Shown here in pieces: positions 39,620 through 52,751 of a DNA stretch of 64,000 bases. Below the pieces are notes generated by a model, which saw nothing but the letters and a program-made list of their open reading frames with translations, searched no databases and was not told the origin of the DNA. The position numbers and the translations under genes are program-made. Numbering within the stretch: the stretch's first letter is position 1; the number at the start of each line of letters is the position of its first letter. The stretch is from Escherichia coli (GTDB lineage Bacteria > Pseudomonadota > Gammaproteobacteria > Enterobacterales > Enterobacteriaceae): NCBI RefSeq assembly GCF_041886205.1, contig NZ_CP169029.1; one strand, 5' to 3'.

Positions 39620-40021
39620 TTAGTGTGAATATTCTTCTGTAATTTCAGCCAGATCCAATGCGTTATCTACCAGCGAGGTTATCTCAAGCAGGATATCTTC
39701 AAGAGAAGATTTAAGCGATAACGCCCCGAAAACAATGTAATACTCTTCCTGTTGTACGCTGGAGATCCCTACCGATGACAACGGCATCATCTTCTGATTT
39801 CTTAATAAGAAGGTATTAAATTCATCTGGATTGCTGATACTACTCACCGGACAAATAAAGGTTTCGATAATCATTTGGCGGGAAGTAAAAAGAATATTGA
39901 TTTGCAAATCGCCATAATCATTCATTTTAATAATTAATGCGTTCTCGCTATTTGTTACATCAATATTTTGTTCAGGTACAGTTTGCAGCGCTGTCGCTAG
40001 CGCCAACGGATTCCATGTCAT
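39620..40021 (-). CDS. yjfI: YjfI (DUF2170 protein)
   Basis: 133-aa ORF MTWNPLALATALQTVPEQNIDVTNSENALIIKMNDYGDLQINILF. Confidence 0.85.
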   Translation of the reverse strand: MTWNPLALATALQTVPEQNIDVTNSENALIIKMNDYGDLQINILFTSRQMIIETFICPVSSISNPDEFNTFLLRNQKMMPLSSVGISSVQQEEYYIVFGALSLKSSLEDILLEITSLVDNALDLAEITEEYSH

Positions 40022-40100
40022 ATATTATTCCATATAGATTAAGTTTAAATATTAATAAAATGAATATTTGCAATACGTAATTATCTTACCAGCTATAGAC

Positions 40101-40127
40101 AAAAAAAAACCATCCAAATCTGGATGG
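40101..40127 (-). terminator. Rho-independent terminator downstream of rlmB
   Basis: ccatcca aatc tggatgg hairpin followed on minus strand by T9. Confidence 0.8.
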
Positions 40128-40147
40128 CTTTTCATAATTCTGAGAAA

Positions 40148-40879
40148 TTAGCTGCGCTGGCGCACCGCTTCAAATAAGCAAATTCCGGTCGCAACCGAAA
40201 CGTTCAGGGAAGAAACGCTTCCAGCCATCGGGATGCTGATCAACTCATCGCAATGTTCACGAGTCAGGCGACGCATACCTTCACCTTCCGCACCCATCAC
40301 CAGCGCCAGGCGTCCGGTCATTTTGCTCTGATAGAGTGTATGATCCGCCTCGCCTGCCGTACCGACGATCCAGATATTCTCTTCCTGCAACATACGCATG
40401 GTGCGCGCAAGGTTAGTCACCCGAATCAGCGGAACGCTTTCTGCCGCGCCGCAGGCTACTTTTTTCGCCGTAGCGTTGAGCTGTGCGGAGCGATCTTTCG
40501 GCACAATCACCGCATGAACGCCTGCGGCGTCCGCACTACGCAGGCACGCGCCGAGGTTGTGCGGATCGGTTACGCCGTCGAGGATCAGCAGGAACGGTTG
40601 ATCGAGCGAAGCGATCAGATCCGGCAGATCGTTTTCCTGATACTGACGTCCTGGCTTCACGCGGGCGATAATGCCCTGATGCACGGCACCGTCGCTTTTC
40701 TCGTCGAGATATTGGCGGTTTGCCAACTGGATAACCACGCCCTGAGACTCAAGGGCGTGAATCAGCGGTAACAGACGTTTATCTTCACGGCCTTTTAAAA
40801 TAAAGACTTCCTGAAAACGTTCAGGGGCGCGCTCCAGCAGGGCCTGCACTGCGTGGATGCCGTAAATCATTTCGCTCAT
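40148..40879 (-). CDS. rlmB: 23S rRNA (guanosine2251-2'-O)-methyltransferase RlmB
   Basis: 243-aa [33 protein letters not shown], SpoU methylase. Confidence 0.92.
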
Positions 40880-40903
40880 TAATGTACTCGTTGTTTACGT
40901 TTT

Positions 40904-41002
40904 GCCTGATGCACTACGTTTATCCGGCCTACATGATCTCTGCAATATATTGAATTTGCGTGATTATGTAGGCCGGATAAGGCGTTCACGCCGCATCCGG
41001 CA
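40904..41002. repeat. REP/BIME palindromic repeat pair between rlmB and rnr
   Basis: gcctgatgcactacgtttatccggcctac ... gtaggccggataaggcgttcacgccgcatccggca. Confidence 0.7.
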
Positions 41003-41058
41003 TGAACAAAGCGCATTTTGTCAGCAATCTAACCCTCTTCTTTTAAAGAGGGTATTGA

Positions 41059-43500
41059 TCACTCTGCCACTTTTTTCTTCGCCGCACGCTTCGCTTTGGT
41101 CGCTGCAGCTATTTTCTGCGTTTTCGCCGATGGCTTTTTCGCTTTTCTCGCGTCTTTCTTCGCCGCTTTCGGCTTCGTTTTTTTCTCACCGCGGAAGGCG
41201 CTGTCTGGCTCAAAGTTTACCTTTTTACCGACCTGACGACGCTTGCCGCCTTTTTTACCTGCATCGCCTTTTTTCGCTTTCTCGCGCGCCGTTTTACCGA
41301 CGTTGCGCGGTGCGCGTTCGCTGGAGATCAGGCTAAAGTCGATTTTGCGCTCGTCCATATTAACCGCTTCGACGCGAACTTCCACGCGATCGCCCAGGCG
41401 ATAAGTCTGGCCGCTGGATTCCCCCATCAGGCGTTGCCCCACCTGGTCAAAGCGATAGTAGTCATTGTCCAGCGAAGAGACATGGACCAGACCATCAATG
41501 AACAAGTCGTCCAGACGGACGAAGAAGCCAAAGCCAGTGACGCTGGAAATTACGCCTTTAAAGACGTTACCTACCTGGTCGAGCATGAAGTCACACTTCA
41601 GCCAGTCAGCCACATCGCGCGTTGCTTCGTCGGCACGACGTTCCGCCATCGAACAGTGCTGACCCAGTTGCAGCATCTCTTCCATCGAATAATGGTAGCC
41701 GCCGGTTTCAGTGGTGTTGCCCTGATGCCCCTGCTCTTTCGCCAGCAGATATTTAATGGCGCGGTGCAGCGTCAGGTCTGGATAACGACGAATCGGCGAA
41801 GTAAAGTGCGCATAGGACTGCAATGCCAGGCCAAAGTGACCACGGTTTTCTGGATCGTAAATCGCCTGTTTCATCGAGCGCAGCAGCATGGTTTGCAGCA
41901 TTTCTGCATCAGGACGATCGGCAACCGACTCCAGCAGCTCCGCGTAGTCACGCGGTTCCGGCTTGTTACCGCCCGGCAGTTCCAGCCCCAGCTCCGCCAG
42001 CACTGAACGGAAAGAGGTAATCGCTTCGGTGCTCGGCTTGTCGTGAATACGGAACAGTGCCGGTTCTTTCGCTTTCTCAACGAAACGCGCCGCCGAGATA
42101 TTCGCCAGAATCATGCACTCTTCAATTAATTTGTGCGCGTCGTTACGCTGAGTCTGTTCGATACGTTCAATACGGCGTTCAGCGTTGAAAATGAACTTCG
42201 CTTCTTCGCTCTCAAATGAGATCCCACCGCGTTCTTCACGGGCTTTATCCAGCACTTTATAGAGGTTATGCAACTCTTCGAGATGCTTAACCAGCGGGGC
42301 GTACTGCTCGCGCAGATCCTGATCGCCCTGCAGAATATGCCAGACTTTGGTGTAGGTCAGACGCGCGTGAGAGCTCATCACCGCTTCGTAGAATTTGTAG
42401 CCCGTCAGGCGGCCTTTCGACGAAACCGTCATCTCGCACACCATACACAGGCGGTCTACCTGCGGGTTGAGCGAACACAGGCCGTTAGAGAGCACTTCCG
42501 GCAGCATCGGGATAACCTGCGAAGGGAAGTACACCGACGTGCCACGGTTACGCGCTTCTCTGTCCAGCGGCGTTGACGGACGCACATAGTAGCTGACGTC
42601 GGCAATCGCGACCCATAAACGCCAGCCGCCGCCGCGTTTTTTCTCGCAGTAAACTGCATCGTCAAAGTCACGGGCGTCTTCGCCATCAATGGTGACCAGC
42701 GGTAAATAGCGCAGATCAACACGGCCCGCTTTTGCTTCTTCCGGCACTTCTTCTTTCAGCCCGGCAACCTGTTGCTCAACAGCCTGCGGCCAGATGTACG
42801 GAATTTCATGGGTACGCAGAGCGATATCAACCGCCATGCCGGTGCCCATATTGTCGCCCAGCACTTCGACGATTTTACCCACCGCTTTGGTGCGGCGAGT
42901 CGGACGCTGAGTCAGTTCGACTACGACCACAAAGCCCATCCGCGCGCCCATGATCTGATCGGGCGGGATTAAGATATCGAAGCTCAGACGGCTGTCGTCA
43001 GGAACCACAAAGCCGACGCCCGCTTCGGTAAAGTAGCGACCAACAATCTGGCTGGTTTTTGGCACCAGTACGCGGACAATACGCGCTTCACGACGACCTT
43101 TACGGTCAGCACCCAGCGGCTGAGCCAGCACCTGATCGCCATGAATGCAGGTTTTCATCTGCTCGCTGGAGAGATACAAATCATCTTTACGCCCTTCAAC
43201 CCGTAGAAAGCCGTAGCCATCACGGTGGCCAATAACGGTACCTTTCACCAGGTCGAGGCGTTCCGGCAGCGCATAGCACTGACGACGAGTGAAGACCAGT
43301 TGACCATCGCGCTCCATCGCGCGCAGGCGGCGACGCAGGCCTTCAAGCTGCTCTTCGCCTTCAATGTGCAGTTCTACCGCCAGCTCATCACGGCTGGCCG
43401 GTTTTTCACGTTTGGTTAAATGTTCGAGGATAAATTCCCGACTAGGGATGGGATTCGCGTATTTTTCAGCTTCGCGTTCCTGGAAAGGATCTTGTGACAT
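41059..43500 (-). CDS. rnr: ribonuclease R
   Basis: ORF 41059..43542, start at [28 protein letters not shown] (813 aa); lysine-rich C-terminal tail. Confidence 0.93.
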   Translation of the reverse strand: MSQDPFQEREAEKYANPIPSREFILEHLTKREKPASRDELAVELHIEGEEQLEGLRRRLRAMERDGQLVFTRRQCYALPERLDLVKGTVIGHRDGYGFLRVEGRKDDLYLSSEQMKTCIHGDQVLAQPLGADRKGRREARIVRVLVPKTSQIVGRYFTEAGVGFVVPDDSRLSFDILIPPDQIMGARMGFVVVVELTQRPTRRTKAVGKIVEVLGDNMGTGMAVDIALRTHEIPYIWPQAVEQQVAGLKEEVPEEAKAGRVDLRYLPLVTIDGEDARDFDDAVYCEKKRGGGWRLWVAIADVSYYVRPSTPLDREARNRGTSVYFPSQVIPMLPEVLSNGLCSLNPQVDRLCMVCEMTVSSKGRLTGYKFYEAVMSSHARLTYTKVWHILQGDQDLREQYAPLVKHLEELHNLYKVLDKAREERGGISFESEEAKFIFNAERRIERIEQTQRNDAHKLIEECMILANISAARFVEKAKEPALFRIHDKPSTEAITSFRSVLAELGLELPGGNKPEPRDYAELLESVADRPDAEMLQTMLLRSMKQAIYDPENRGHFGLALQSYAHFTSPIRRYPDLTLHRAIKYLLAKEQGHQGNTTETGGYHYSMEEMLQLGQHCSMAERRADEATRDVADWLKCDFMLDQVGNVFKGVISSVTGFGFFVRLDDLFIDGLVHVSSLDNDYYRFDQVGQRLMGESSGQTYRLGDRVEVRVEAVNMDERKIDFSLISSERAPRNVGKTAREKAKKGDAGKKGGKRRQVGKKVNFEPDSAFRGEKKTKPKAAKKDARKAKKPSAKTQKIAAATKAKRAAKKKVAE

Positions 43501-43538
43501 CTCGGTTCCTCCGTTGTCATCTCTGATGAAGATTTTCG

Positions 43539-43964
43539 TCACTCCACCAGCAATAATTTATAAAGCGGTTGATTCTCTTCAACCAAATCGGCAAGCGTGT
43601 AGTTATCCAGTTCCGTAAGAAAACTTTGCACGGCCTTAGAAAGTGCCTGTTTCAACCTACAGGCAGGTGTAATGTGGCAAAACTCACTGCTGCAATTCAC
43701 CAGCGATAAGGGCTCCAGCTCGCGCACCACATCACCAATACGTATCGCACTCGCCGGTTTACCCAGGCGAATGCCGCCATTTTTTCCACGAACAGCAGTC
43801 ACGTAGCCGGCACGACTAAGTTGATTGATTATTTTGACCATATGATTACGGGAGACGCCGTAGACGTCAGTCACTTCAGAAATACTGGTCATCCGCCCTT
43901 CTGGCAATGACGCCATGTAGATCAGCGCACGTAATCCGTAATCAGTGAAACTCGTTAACTGCAC
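43539..43964 (-). CDS. nsrR: nitric-oxide-sensing Rrf2-family repressor NsrR
   Basis: 141-aa [58 protein letters not shown]. Confidence 0.93.
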
Positions 43965-44168
43965 ATCAACCTCAAAAGGGAAATCGGGAAAAAATACATT
44001 TATATTGATGATAAACCAGCCACAAGCTGTGTCGCTAATTTATTTCAGTTCGGGGAAGGAAAAAAGCGAGGATTTAACACTGTGTCGGATAGCGTAATGG
44101 CTTACCCGACACAGCAATGTATCACACTGTTCGCCCGGCAGGCAAAATATCTGCCAGGCGTACCAGAA

Positions 44169-45470
<1,302 letters not shown>

Positions 45471-45570
45471 TCAAAATCACCGTTTGCTTAAAAATGGATT
45501 CTACCATCGCTTTTTCAGAGTTACAGCACTTTTTGCACTCAAAAATGACCTCGATCAGTCTGTTTTTTGT

Positions 45571-45768
45571 TCAGCCAATCGTTTTCCTCAACATGTAGTA
45601 GACCACAACGCCCGCAACCACAAGTCCACCGCCAAAACGACGTAAAATATTATCGGGCAAATTGGTCATCGCAGAGATCATCTTCTTCCATGCCTTCGGG
45701 TAAAGCATCGGCCCTAAACCTTCCAGTACCAAAACCAGGGCAAGCGCCAGCCAGATTGTCGAATTCAT
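45571..45768 (-). CDS. yjeT: YjeT (DUF2065 small membrane protein)
   Basis: 65-aa ORF MNSTIWLALALVLVLEGLGPMLYPKAWKKM. Confidence 0.8.
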   Translation of the reverse strand: MNSTIWLALALVLVLEGLGPMLYPKAWKKMISAMTNLPDNILRRFGGGLVVAGVVVYYMLRKTIG

Positions 45769-45782
45769 TCATTATCCTTATA

Positions 45783-45820
45783 GAAAAAGAAAACCACCGA
45801 CATCCCTGAGGATGCGGTGG
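45783..45820 (-). terminator. Rho-independent terminator downstream of hflC
   Basis: Minus strand gccaccgcatcc tcag ggatgtcggtggt followed by tttctttttct. Confidence 0.7.
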
Positions 45821-45849
45821 CTTTATTGACCTGTACCGCAGTCGTTATA

Positions 45850-46854
45850 TTAACGCGTTGCGGAAGTCGGCGTCTTCATGTAGCGGAAGAAATCGCTATC
45901 CGGGCTCATGACCATCACGTCCTGATTGCCAGAGAAGCTGTTCTCATAAGCACGCAGGCTACGGATGAATGCGTAGAAGTCCGGATCTTTACTGAATGCA
46001 TCAGCAAACAGTTTGGCTGCTTCGGCATCGCCTTCACCACGCATGATGCGGCCCTGACGCTCAGCTTCTGCCAGCGTTCTGGTCACTTCATAGTCGGCAG
46101 TCGCGCGCAGTTTTTCCGCTTCTTCCTGACCTTGTGAACGGTGACGACGCGCTACCGCTTCACGCTCGGCGCGCATACGGTTGTAGATCGCTTCAGACAC
46201 TTCGGTCGGCAGGTTGATCTGCTTGATACGCACATCGACAACTTCAATACCCAGCGCCGCCATACTGTTCGGGTTGATGACCGGAACTTTGCCCTTCGTC
46301 TCAGCCGTTACGCGCTCTGCCGCTTCGGCAATGGCGTTATCTGCCGCCGGGGTAGTAACTTCATCTTCTGTACCCGCAGAACCGGAGTTCAGCGCGTCAC
46401 GTACTTCGAGGGTCAGACGACCACGGGAATCGGTGACGATATCTTTCACGTCCAGACGACCAATTTCAGAACGCAGACGGTCAGAGAACTTACGTTTCAA
46501 CAGCACTTCCGCTTGCGAAATGTCGCCACCACCCGTTGCCAGGTAGTAACGGCTGAAATCGCTGATGCGCCATTTGATGTAAGAGTCGACGATCAGGTCT
46601 TTCTTCTCTTTGGTCACAAAGCGGTCGGCCTGGTTGTCCATGGTCTGAATACGTGCGTCGAGCATTTTCACCGTTTCAATGAACGGTATCTTGAAATGCA
46701 GACCCGGCTCATAAACCAGAGGTTTGTTGTCATCGTCACGCAGTACCTTACCAAAACGCAGCGTAATACCGCGCTCACCTTCTTTGACGACAAAGACAGA
46801 CATGTAAAGCACTACCAGCACGATGATGATAATCGCGATAACTGACTTACGCAT
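45850..46854 (-). CDS. hflC: HflC, FtsH protease modulator
   Basis: 334-aa ORF MRKSVIAIIIIVLVVLYMSVFVVKEGERGI. Confidence 0.95.
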   Translation of the reverse strand: MRKSVIAIIIIVLVVLYMSVFVVKEGERGITLRFGKVLRDDDNKPLVYEPGLHFKIPFIETVKMLDARIQTMDNQADRFVTKEKKDLIVDSYIKWRISDFSRYYLATGGGDISQAEVLLKRKFSDRLRSEIGRLDVKDIVTDSRGRLTLEVRDALNSGSAGTEDEVTTPAADNAIAEAAERVTAETKGKVPVINPNSMAALGIEVVDVRIKQINLPTEVSEAIYNRMRAEREAVARRHRSQGQEEAEKLRATADYEVTRTLAEAERQGRIMRGEGDAEAAKLFADAFSKDPDFYAFIRSLRAYENSFSGNQDVMVMSPDSDFFRYMKTPTSATR

Positions 46855-46856
46855 CG

Positions 46857-48116
46857 TTATTCCCCCTGACGCTGGTAGTCGTTACGCTGCGCGTTGGCGC
46901 GGCGTTGGTCCATAATATCGCCCTGACTGGTGGACGACGTGTTGCTTGCTCCACTGGTTGTGGAGGAAGAGGCTGGCGGCAGACGCAGCAGATTGCTGGC
47001 ACCGTTATCGCTCTTCGCCGCAGGGGCGTTACCACCTTTCAGCATCTGGTCTAACGGCAGAACCATCAGGTTGCCACCTTTATCGTTAACCAGCACTTTG
47101 CGGGTGTTACCCAACACTTTTTCCATCGTCTCGATATACAGACGCTCGCGAGTAATTTCCGGCGCGGCTTTATATTCCGGCAGAAGTTTAGCAAAGCGCG
47201 CCACTTCACCCTGAGCTTCCAGGATGGTCTGGGCCTTGTACGCACGCGCCTCTTCGAGGATACGTTGCGCCTGACCGTTCGCACGCGGCTGAACTTCGTT
47301 GGTATACGCTTCTGCTTCACGAATGTATTGCTGTTCGTTTTCACGCGCGGCAATCGCATCGTCAAACGCCGCTTTTACTTCTTCCGGCGGACGAGCAGCC
47401 TGGAAGTTGACGTCCAGCAGCGTGATACCCATGTCATACGGACGAATCGTCTCTTCCAGTTCGCGCTGAGTATCGCTACGAATCACGGTACGACCTTCCG
47501 TCAGAATGCGGTCCATGGTGTATTTACCGATAACTCCACGCAGGGCGCTGTCGGTAGCCTGACGCAGGCTGTCATCCGGGCTGGTCACGCTATACAGATA
47601 TTTTTCCGGATTGGTGACGCGGTACTGCACGTTCATCTCAACGCGCACTACGTTCTCGTCCGACGTCAGCATCACACCAGAAGCGGCCAGTTCACGCACG
47701 GCTTCCACGTTCACCGGTTTGACTTCGTCGATAAACGTCGGTTTCCAGTTCAGACCCGGCTCAACCAGATGGCTGAATTTACCAAAGCGTGTTACCACGC
47801 CGCGTTCGGCTTCTTTAATGGTATAGAAACCACTGGCCGCCCAGATAATGACAATCGCTGCCGCTGCGATGGTAACGACACGACCGCCAAGCTGCGGGCG
47901 CGGGCCTTGCGATGAACTGCCACCGCCAGATCCGGTGCCTTTACCGCCGCCCAGACCACCGAGCTTTTTACTCAGTTTGCGGAAGATATCATCTAAATCA
48001 GGTGGCCCTTGATCGCGACCGCCTTTGTTTCCATTTCCCTCAGAGTTGCCGCCAGGTTTGCTGCTTCCCCACGGGTCGCGGTCTTGTCCGTTATTACCGG
48101 GCTGATTCCACGCCAT
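46857..48116 (-). CDS. hflK: HflK, FtsH protease modulator
   Basis: 419-aa ORF MAWNQPGNNGQDRDPWGSSKPGGNSEGNGNKGGRDQGPPDLDDIFRKL. Confidence 0.95.
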   Translation of the reverse strand: MAWNQPGNNGQDRDPWGSSKPGGNSEGNGNKGGRDQGPPDLDDIFRKLSKKLGGLGGGKGTGSGGGSSSQGPRPQLGGRVVTIAAAAIVIIWAASGFYTIKEAERGVVTRFGKFSHLVEPGLNWKPTFIDEVKPVNVEAVRELAASGVMLTSDENVVRVEMNVQYRVTNPEKYLYSVTSPDDSLRQATDSALRGVIGKYTMDRILTEGRTVIRSDTQRELEETIRPYDMGITLLDVNFQAARPPEEVKAAFDDAIAARENEQQYIREAEAYTNEVQPRANGQAQRILEEARAYKAQTILEAQGEVARFAKLLPEYKAAPEITRERLYIETMEKVLGNTRKVLVNDKGGNLMVLPLDQMLKGGNAPAAKSDNGASNLLRLPPASSSTTSGASNTSSTSQGDIMDQRRANAQRNDYQRQGE

Positions 48117-48201
48117 GTTTGTGCTCCATATTTGTTATGCGGTGATCCCTGTTGTCTTTCGACGCCAGAGGATATGACTCCACGCTTCAGACGCTACGCC
48201 G

Positions 48202-49482
48202 TTAGATCAGGTAATCGATCAACGCCGGTTCTTGTTTACAGAGGCGACGCCAGTCAACGATCGGCATACGAACTTGCAGACTTACGCTGCCGTCCTCCTC
48301 CATCCACTCTTTTTCTATTGCCTGAAGCTGATAAAAACGACTTCTCAGACGCCCTTCCTGCGGTGGCAGACGCAATGTATGCTGCGCCACCTCGCCGGAA
48401 AGCCGCTCCGTCAAAGCCTGAAAAAGCTGTGGTATCCCCGCTCCGGTCTGTGCGGAAAGCCAGACACGGATCGGTTTGTTCTCTTCGTCCCGATCAATAC
48501 GCGGTTCGAAATCTTCCAGCATATCGATCTTGTTCATCACCAGCAGGGTTGGGATCTCGTGAGCGTCGATCTCTTCAAGAACCGTATTCACCGCTTCGAT
48601 GTTTTCTTGTACACGCACATCCGCCGCATCAATGACATGCAGCAGTAATGTGGCTTGCCGCGTCTCTTGTAACGTGGCTTTAAATGCTGCCACCAGATCG
48701 TGCGGCAGGTGGCGAATAAACCCTACGGTATCTGCAAGTACGGTTTCACCGACATCTGCAACGTCAATACGCCGCAACGTCGGGTCGAGAGTGGCAAACA
48801 ACTGGTCTGCCGCGTAGACCCGCGCTTCGGTGATGCGATTGAAAAGGGTAGATTTACCGGCGTTGGTATATCCCACCAGCGAAACAGTAGGAACGTCGGC
48901 TTTGATACGCGATTGCCGCCCCTGCTCACGCTGCTTTTCAACTCTTTCCAGGCGTGACTGTATCTGCACGATGCGATTACGCAACAAACGACGGTCGGTT
49001 TCGAGCTGGGTTTCACCCGGACCACGCAAACCTATCCCGCCTTTCTGTCTTTCAAGGTGGGTCCAGCCACGCACCAGGCGCGTAGCCAGATGGCGCAGCT
49101 GCGCCAGCTCAACCTGCAACTTACCCTCATGGGTACGCGCACGTTGGGCGAAAATATCTAAAATAAGGCCGGTGCGGTCGATAACACGACACTCGCACAA
49201 ACGCTCCAGGTTACGCTCCTGCGCCGGGCTCAGGGCATGGTCAAAAAGAACGACCGAAGCTCCCGTCGCTTTTACGGCTTCCGCAATTTCAACTGCTTTA
49301 CCTTCACCTACAAAATACTTCGGGTGCGGCGCTTTACGGCTACCGGTAATCACCTGCAATGCTTCGACACCGGCGGAAGAGACCAGAGATTCAAACTCCT
49401 GGAGGTCTTCCATATCTTTGTCTTGCGTAAAATAGATGTGTACCAGTACCGCCTGCTCACCAGCATCATAACGGTCAAACAA
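48202..49482 (-). CDS. hflX: GTPase HflX
   Basis: 426-aa [33 protein letters not shown]; G-domain GYTNAGKST. Confidence 0.95.
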   Translation of the reverse strand: MFDRYDAGEQAVLVHIYFTQDKDMEDLQEFESLVSSAGVEALQVITGSRKAPHPKYFVGEGKAVEIAEAVKATGASVVLFDHALSPAQERNLERLCECRVIDRTGLILDIFAQRARTHEGKLQVELAQLRHLATRLVRGWTHLERQKGGIGLRGPGETQLETDRRLLRNRIVQIQSRLERVEKQREQGRQSRIKADVPTVSLVGYTNAGKSTLFNRITEARVYAADQLFATLDPTLRRIDVADVGETVLADTVGFIRHLPHDLVAAFKATLQETRQATLLLHVIDAADVRVQENIEAVNTVLEEIDAHEIPTLLVMNKIDMLEDFEPRIDRDEENKPIRVWLSAQTGAGIPQLFQALTERLSGEVAQHTLRLPPQEGRLRSRFYQLQAIEKEWMEEDGSVSLQVRMPIVDWRRLCKQEPALIDYLI

Positions 49483-49557
49483 GCGTATAACCCTCTAAAT
49501 AGATCAGCGGGGAACGCAGGATCGCTGGCTCCCCGTGTAAAAAAACAGCCCGAAACC

Positions 49558-49878
<321 letters not shown>

Positions 49879-49951
49879 TTATATGCTTATTTGTACTTTG
49901 AACCTTTCGATTCTGAAAAAATTGCGCACGATACGTCTCAATTGTACACAT

Positions 49952-50902
49952 TCAGCCTGCGATAGCACCAACAACCTGTAATACTTCGTCACGCGCCTGT
50001 TCTGGTTTTTCACTGTCAAGCCAGTGAACCCCTTCCCAACCACGCAGCCAGGTTATCTGCCGCTTCGCCAACTGTCTCGTGGCGCAAATACCTCGATAAA
50101 CCATTTCATCGTATGAGATTTCGCCTTCAAGGTAAGACCACATCTGGCGATAACCCACGCAACGAATGGAAGGCAAGTCCGTATGCAAATCTCCTCGGGC
50201 AAAAAGCGCCCGGACTTCTGCTTCAAAACCTGAAGCCAACATCTGATGAAAACGCTGCTCAATGCGTTGATGGAGCAGTTCACGGCTCGCCGGGGCGATG
50301 GCGAACTGATGCACCTGATACGGTAGAGCGTCTCCTGACGTTTGCGTCAGTTCCGTTAAAGTTTTACCCGAAATGAAAAAAACTTCCAGTGCCCGGGAAA
50401 GCCTTTGTGGATCATTTGGATGAATCCTTGCTGCCGCAACCGGATCGATCTCCTGAAGTTGACGATGCAATGACTCCCAACCTTGCTCTGCCGCCTGTTG
50501 CTCAATTCTGGCCCGTACTTCCGGGTCTGCCGACGGTAGCGGCGACAACCCTTCCAGCAATGCCTTGAAATACAACATCGTACCGCCCACTAACAGTGGG
50601 ATCCGCCCCGCCGCGGTGATATCGGCCATTTCCGCCAGCGCATCGCGGCGAAAATCAGCAGCCGAGTAAGCCTGCGACGGATCGCGAATATCCAGCAATC
50701 GGTGCGGCGCGGCGAGTAACTCTTCAGCGTTCGGCTTCGCCGTCCCGATATCCATCCCTTTGTAAATAAGGGCAGAATCAACGCTTATCAACTCTACTGG
50801 TAAAATTTTACGCAGCTCAATGGCTAACGCCGTTTTACCGGAGGCCGTCGGCCCCATCAAAAAAATCGCCTTAGGCAGGCTCGCCTTACTGATATCACTC
50901 AT
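49952..50902 (-). CDS. miaA: tRNA dimethylallyltransferase MiaA
   Basis: 316-aa [35 protein letters not shown]. Confidence 0.95.
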   Translation of the reverse strand: MSDISKASLPKAIFLMGPTASGKTALAIELRKILPVELISVDSALIYKGMDIGTAKPNAEELLAAPHRLLDIRDPSQAYSAADFRRDALAEMADITAAGRIPLLVGGTMLYFKALLEGLSPLPSADPEVRARIEQQAAEQGWESLHRQLQEIDPVAAARIHPNDPQRLSRALEVFFISGKTLTELTQTSGDALPYQVHQFAIAPASRELLHQRIEQRFHQMLASGFEAEVRALFARGDLHTDLPSIRCVGYRQMWSYLEGEISYDEMVYRGICATRQLAKRQITWLRGWEGVHWLDSEKPEQARDEVLQVVGAIAG

Positions 50903-52742
50903 CTTTCAGGGCTTTTATCGCCGGATGTAAATCAACAGATTGTAACAGACCACCCGGCGGCGTTTTCACAAGTTGCGGACATAACCGTTCCACGTCCGCC
51001 AGCAGGGTTATGGCCTGTGCCATTGACCACTGCGCATGTTCGCTCATCAGATTTCGTGCAATCCACTGCGCAATATTGCCAGGTTCGAATACGGACTGCT
51101 TCGCCAGGTAGCCTATCAGTTCAGGAATCAAGATTTGTAAATTTTGTTGGCGTAAGGGTAAAGGCACGGCCCTGATGGTCACATGCTGCGCATCGGACTG
51201 AAATTCAATACCCAATTCCGCCAGGGCAGACTGCGCTTTTTCTAATGCCGATTTTTCTTCGCCAGAAACTTTTAGCCGCAACGGAATCAGCAACGGCTGG
51301 GCGCAAACGGGCGCTTCACCCGGCGTCAATTGTGCCTGACGCAGCCAACGTTCTGCCACTGGCAAGGCTAAAAGTGAAATGTTGCCGTCGCGCTCCAGCA
51401 ACGCACAGTCGGAATGGACGATAGTCAGTACCCGACCAAAACTCTGACTGTTCGCCGCAAGTGCAGGTTCCTGCGGTTCTGGCGCTTTTGGTTTTTGCAT
51501 CGGCGCGGGCGTTTGCAAAAGCTGGCGATACACTTCACCTTGCTGTTTCTGGTAACCTGGCTGCGCATTCGGCCAGGGGGCAGCCGGACGACTGCCTGAT
51601 GCTGGCGCAGGAGTGTAGCGCGGAGCTACTGGCTCACAAACTGCCGGTTCAGCAAAGTGATTGCGCCCCGCCGCCACGCGGTTTTCCGGAATGGTACGCG
51701 GTGCAGGTTGTGGTTCATCGTCCAGCGGTAGCGGCGTTTCCAGTTGCTGTTGTAGCACGCTCAGCACGCCCTGATAGATAAAGTCATGCACCAGACGCGA
51801 CTGATGGAAACGCACTTCGTGTTTGGCGGGGTGTACGTTGACGTCCACCTGATGCGGGTCGATCTCCAGATACAACACAAACGCCGGTTGTTGATCGGCC
51901 CCCAGTTTGTCTTCACAGGCCTGGCGGATCGCATGATTGATCAGGCGATCGCGCATCATGCGACCATTCACGTAGCAATACTGAATTTCTGCCAGGGCGG
52001 GCGTGGTGTGATTCGGATCGGCCACCCAGCCGCGCAGCGTGAGATCGCCGTGTTGCCATTCAATCGCCAGCGCTTGTTCGAGAAAAGCGGTGCCACAAAT
52101 CGCGCCTAAGCGCCGTTCTTTTTGCCCGCCTTCCGGCACCGCGCGGTACTGGCGTACGATTTTGCCGTTATGCGACAGGTTGATCGTGACGTCGAAACGC
52201 GCCAGTGCGATGCGGCGGATGATTTCATCGATATGGTTAAATTCGGTTTTCTCGGTGCGCAGGAATTTGCGCCGCGCCGGGGTGTTGTAGAACAGGTCCA
52301 GTACCTCCAGCGTCGTTCCCACCGGATGCGCCGCCGGTTTAACCGTCACGTCCATATCGCGCCCTTCGGCATAGGCCTGCCAGGCTTCCTGCTGTTCTGC
52401 GGTGCGTGAAGTGAGCGTCAGGCGGGAAACCGAACTGATACTCGCCAGCGCCTCACCGCGAAAGCCCAGGCTGATAATGGCTTCGAGATCGTCCAGAGAG
52501 GCGATTTTACTGGTGGCATGACGAGCCAGCGCCAGCGCCAGCTCATCTTTTTTGATACCGCAGCCGTTATCACGAATGCGGATAAGTTTCGCCCCACCGC
52601 GTTCGATATCAATATCGATACGCGTCGCACCTGCATCGAGGCTGTTTTCCACCAGTTCTTTGACTACCGACGCAGGTCGCTCGACCACCTCACCTGCGGC
52701 AATCTGGTTCGCCAGTTGTGGCGGTAAGACCTGAATTGGCAT
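50895..52742 (-). CDS. mutL: DNA mismatch repair protein MutL
   Basis: ORF 50895..52745, [50 protein letters not shown]. Confidence 0.95.
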   Translation of the reverse strand: MPIQVLPPQLANQIAAGEVVERPASVVKELVENSLDAGATRIDIDIERGGAKLIRIRDNGCGIKKDELALALARHATSKIASLDDLEAIISLGFRGEALASISSVSRLTLTSRTAEQQEAWQAYAEGRDMDVTVKPAAHPVGTTLEVLDLFYNTPARRKFLRTEKTEFNHIDEIIRRIALARFDVTINLSHNGKIVRQYRAVPEGGQKERRLGAICGTAFLEQALAIEWQHGDLTLRGWVADPNHTTPALAEIQYCYVNGRMMRDRLINHAIRQACEDKLGADQQPAFVLYLEIDPHQVDVNVHPAKHEVRFHQSRLVHDFIYQGVLSVLQQQLETPLPLDDEPQPAPRTIPENRVAAGRNHFAEPAVCEPVAPRYTPAPASGSRPAAPWPNAQPGYQKQQGEVYRQLLQTPAPMQKPKAPEPQEPALAANSQSFGRVLTIVHSDCALLERDGNISLLALPVAERWLRQAQLTPGEAPVCAQPLLIPLRLKVSGEEKSALEKAQSALAELGIEFQSDAQHVTIRAVPLPLRQQNLQILIPELIGYLAKQSVFEPGNIAQWIARNLMSEHAQWSMAQAITLLADVERLCPQLVKTPPGGLLQSVDLHPAIKALKDE

Positions 52743-52751
52743 CAATCGTCC

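Noticed and set aside
41059-41340. Lysine/alanine-rich region that might suggest a separate histone-like gene
   Set aside because: It is the natural basic C-terminal tail of RNase R, in frame with the rest of rnr.
49483-49557. Possible terminator hairpin downstream of hfq
   Set aside because: An inverted repeat is present but it is not followed by a T-tract; not supported as an intrinsic terminator.
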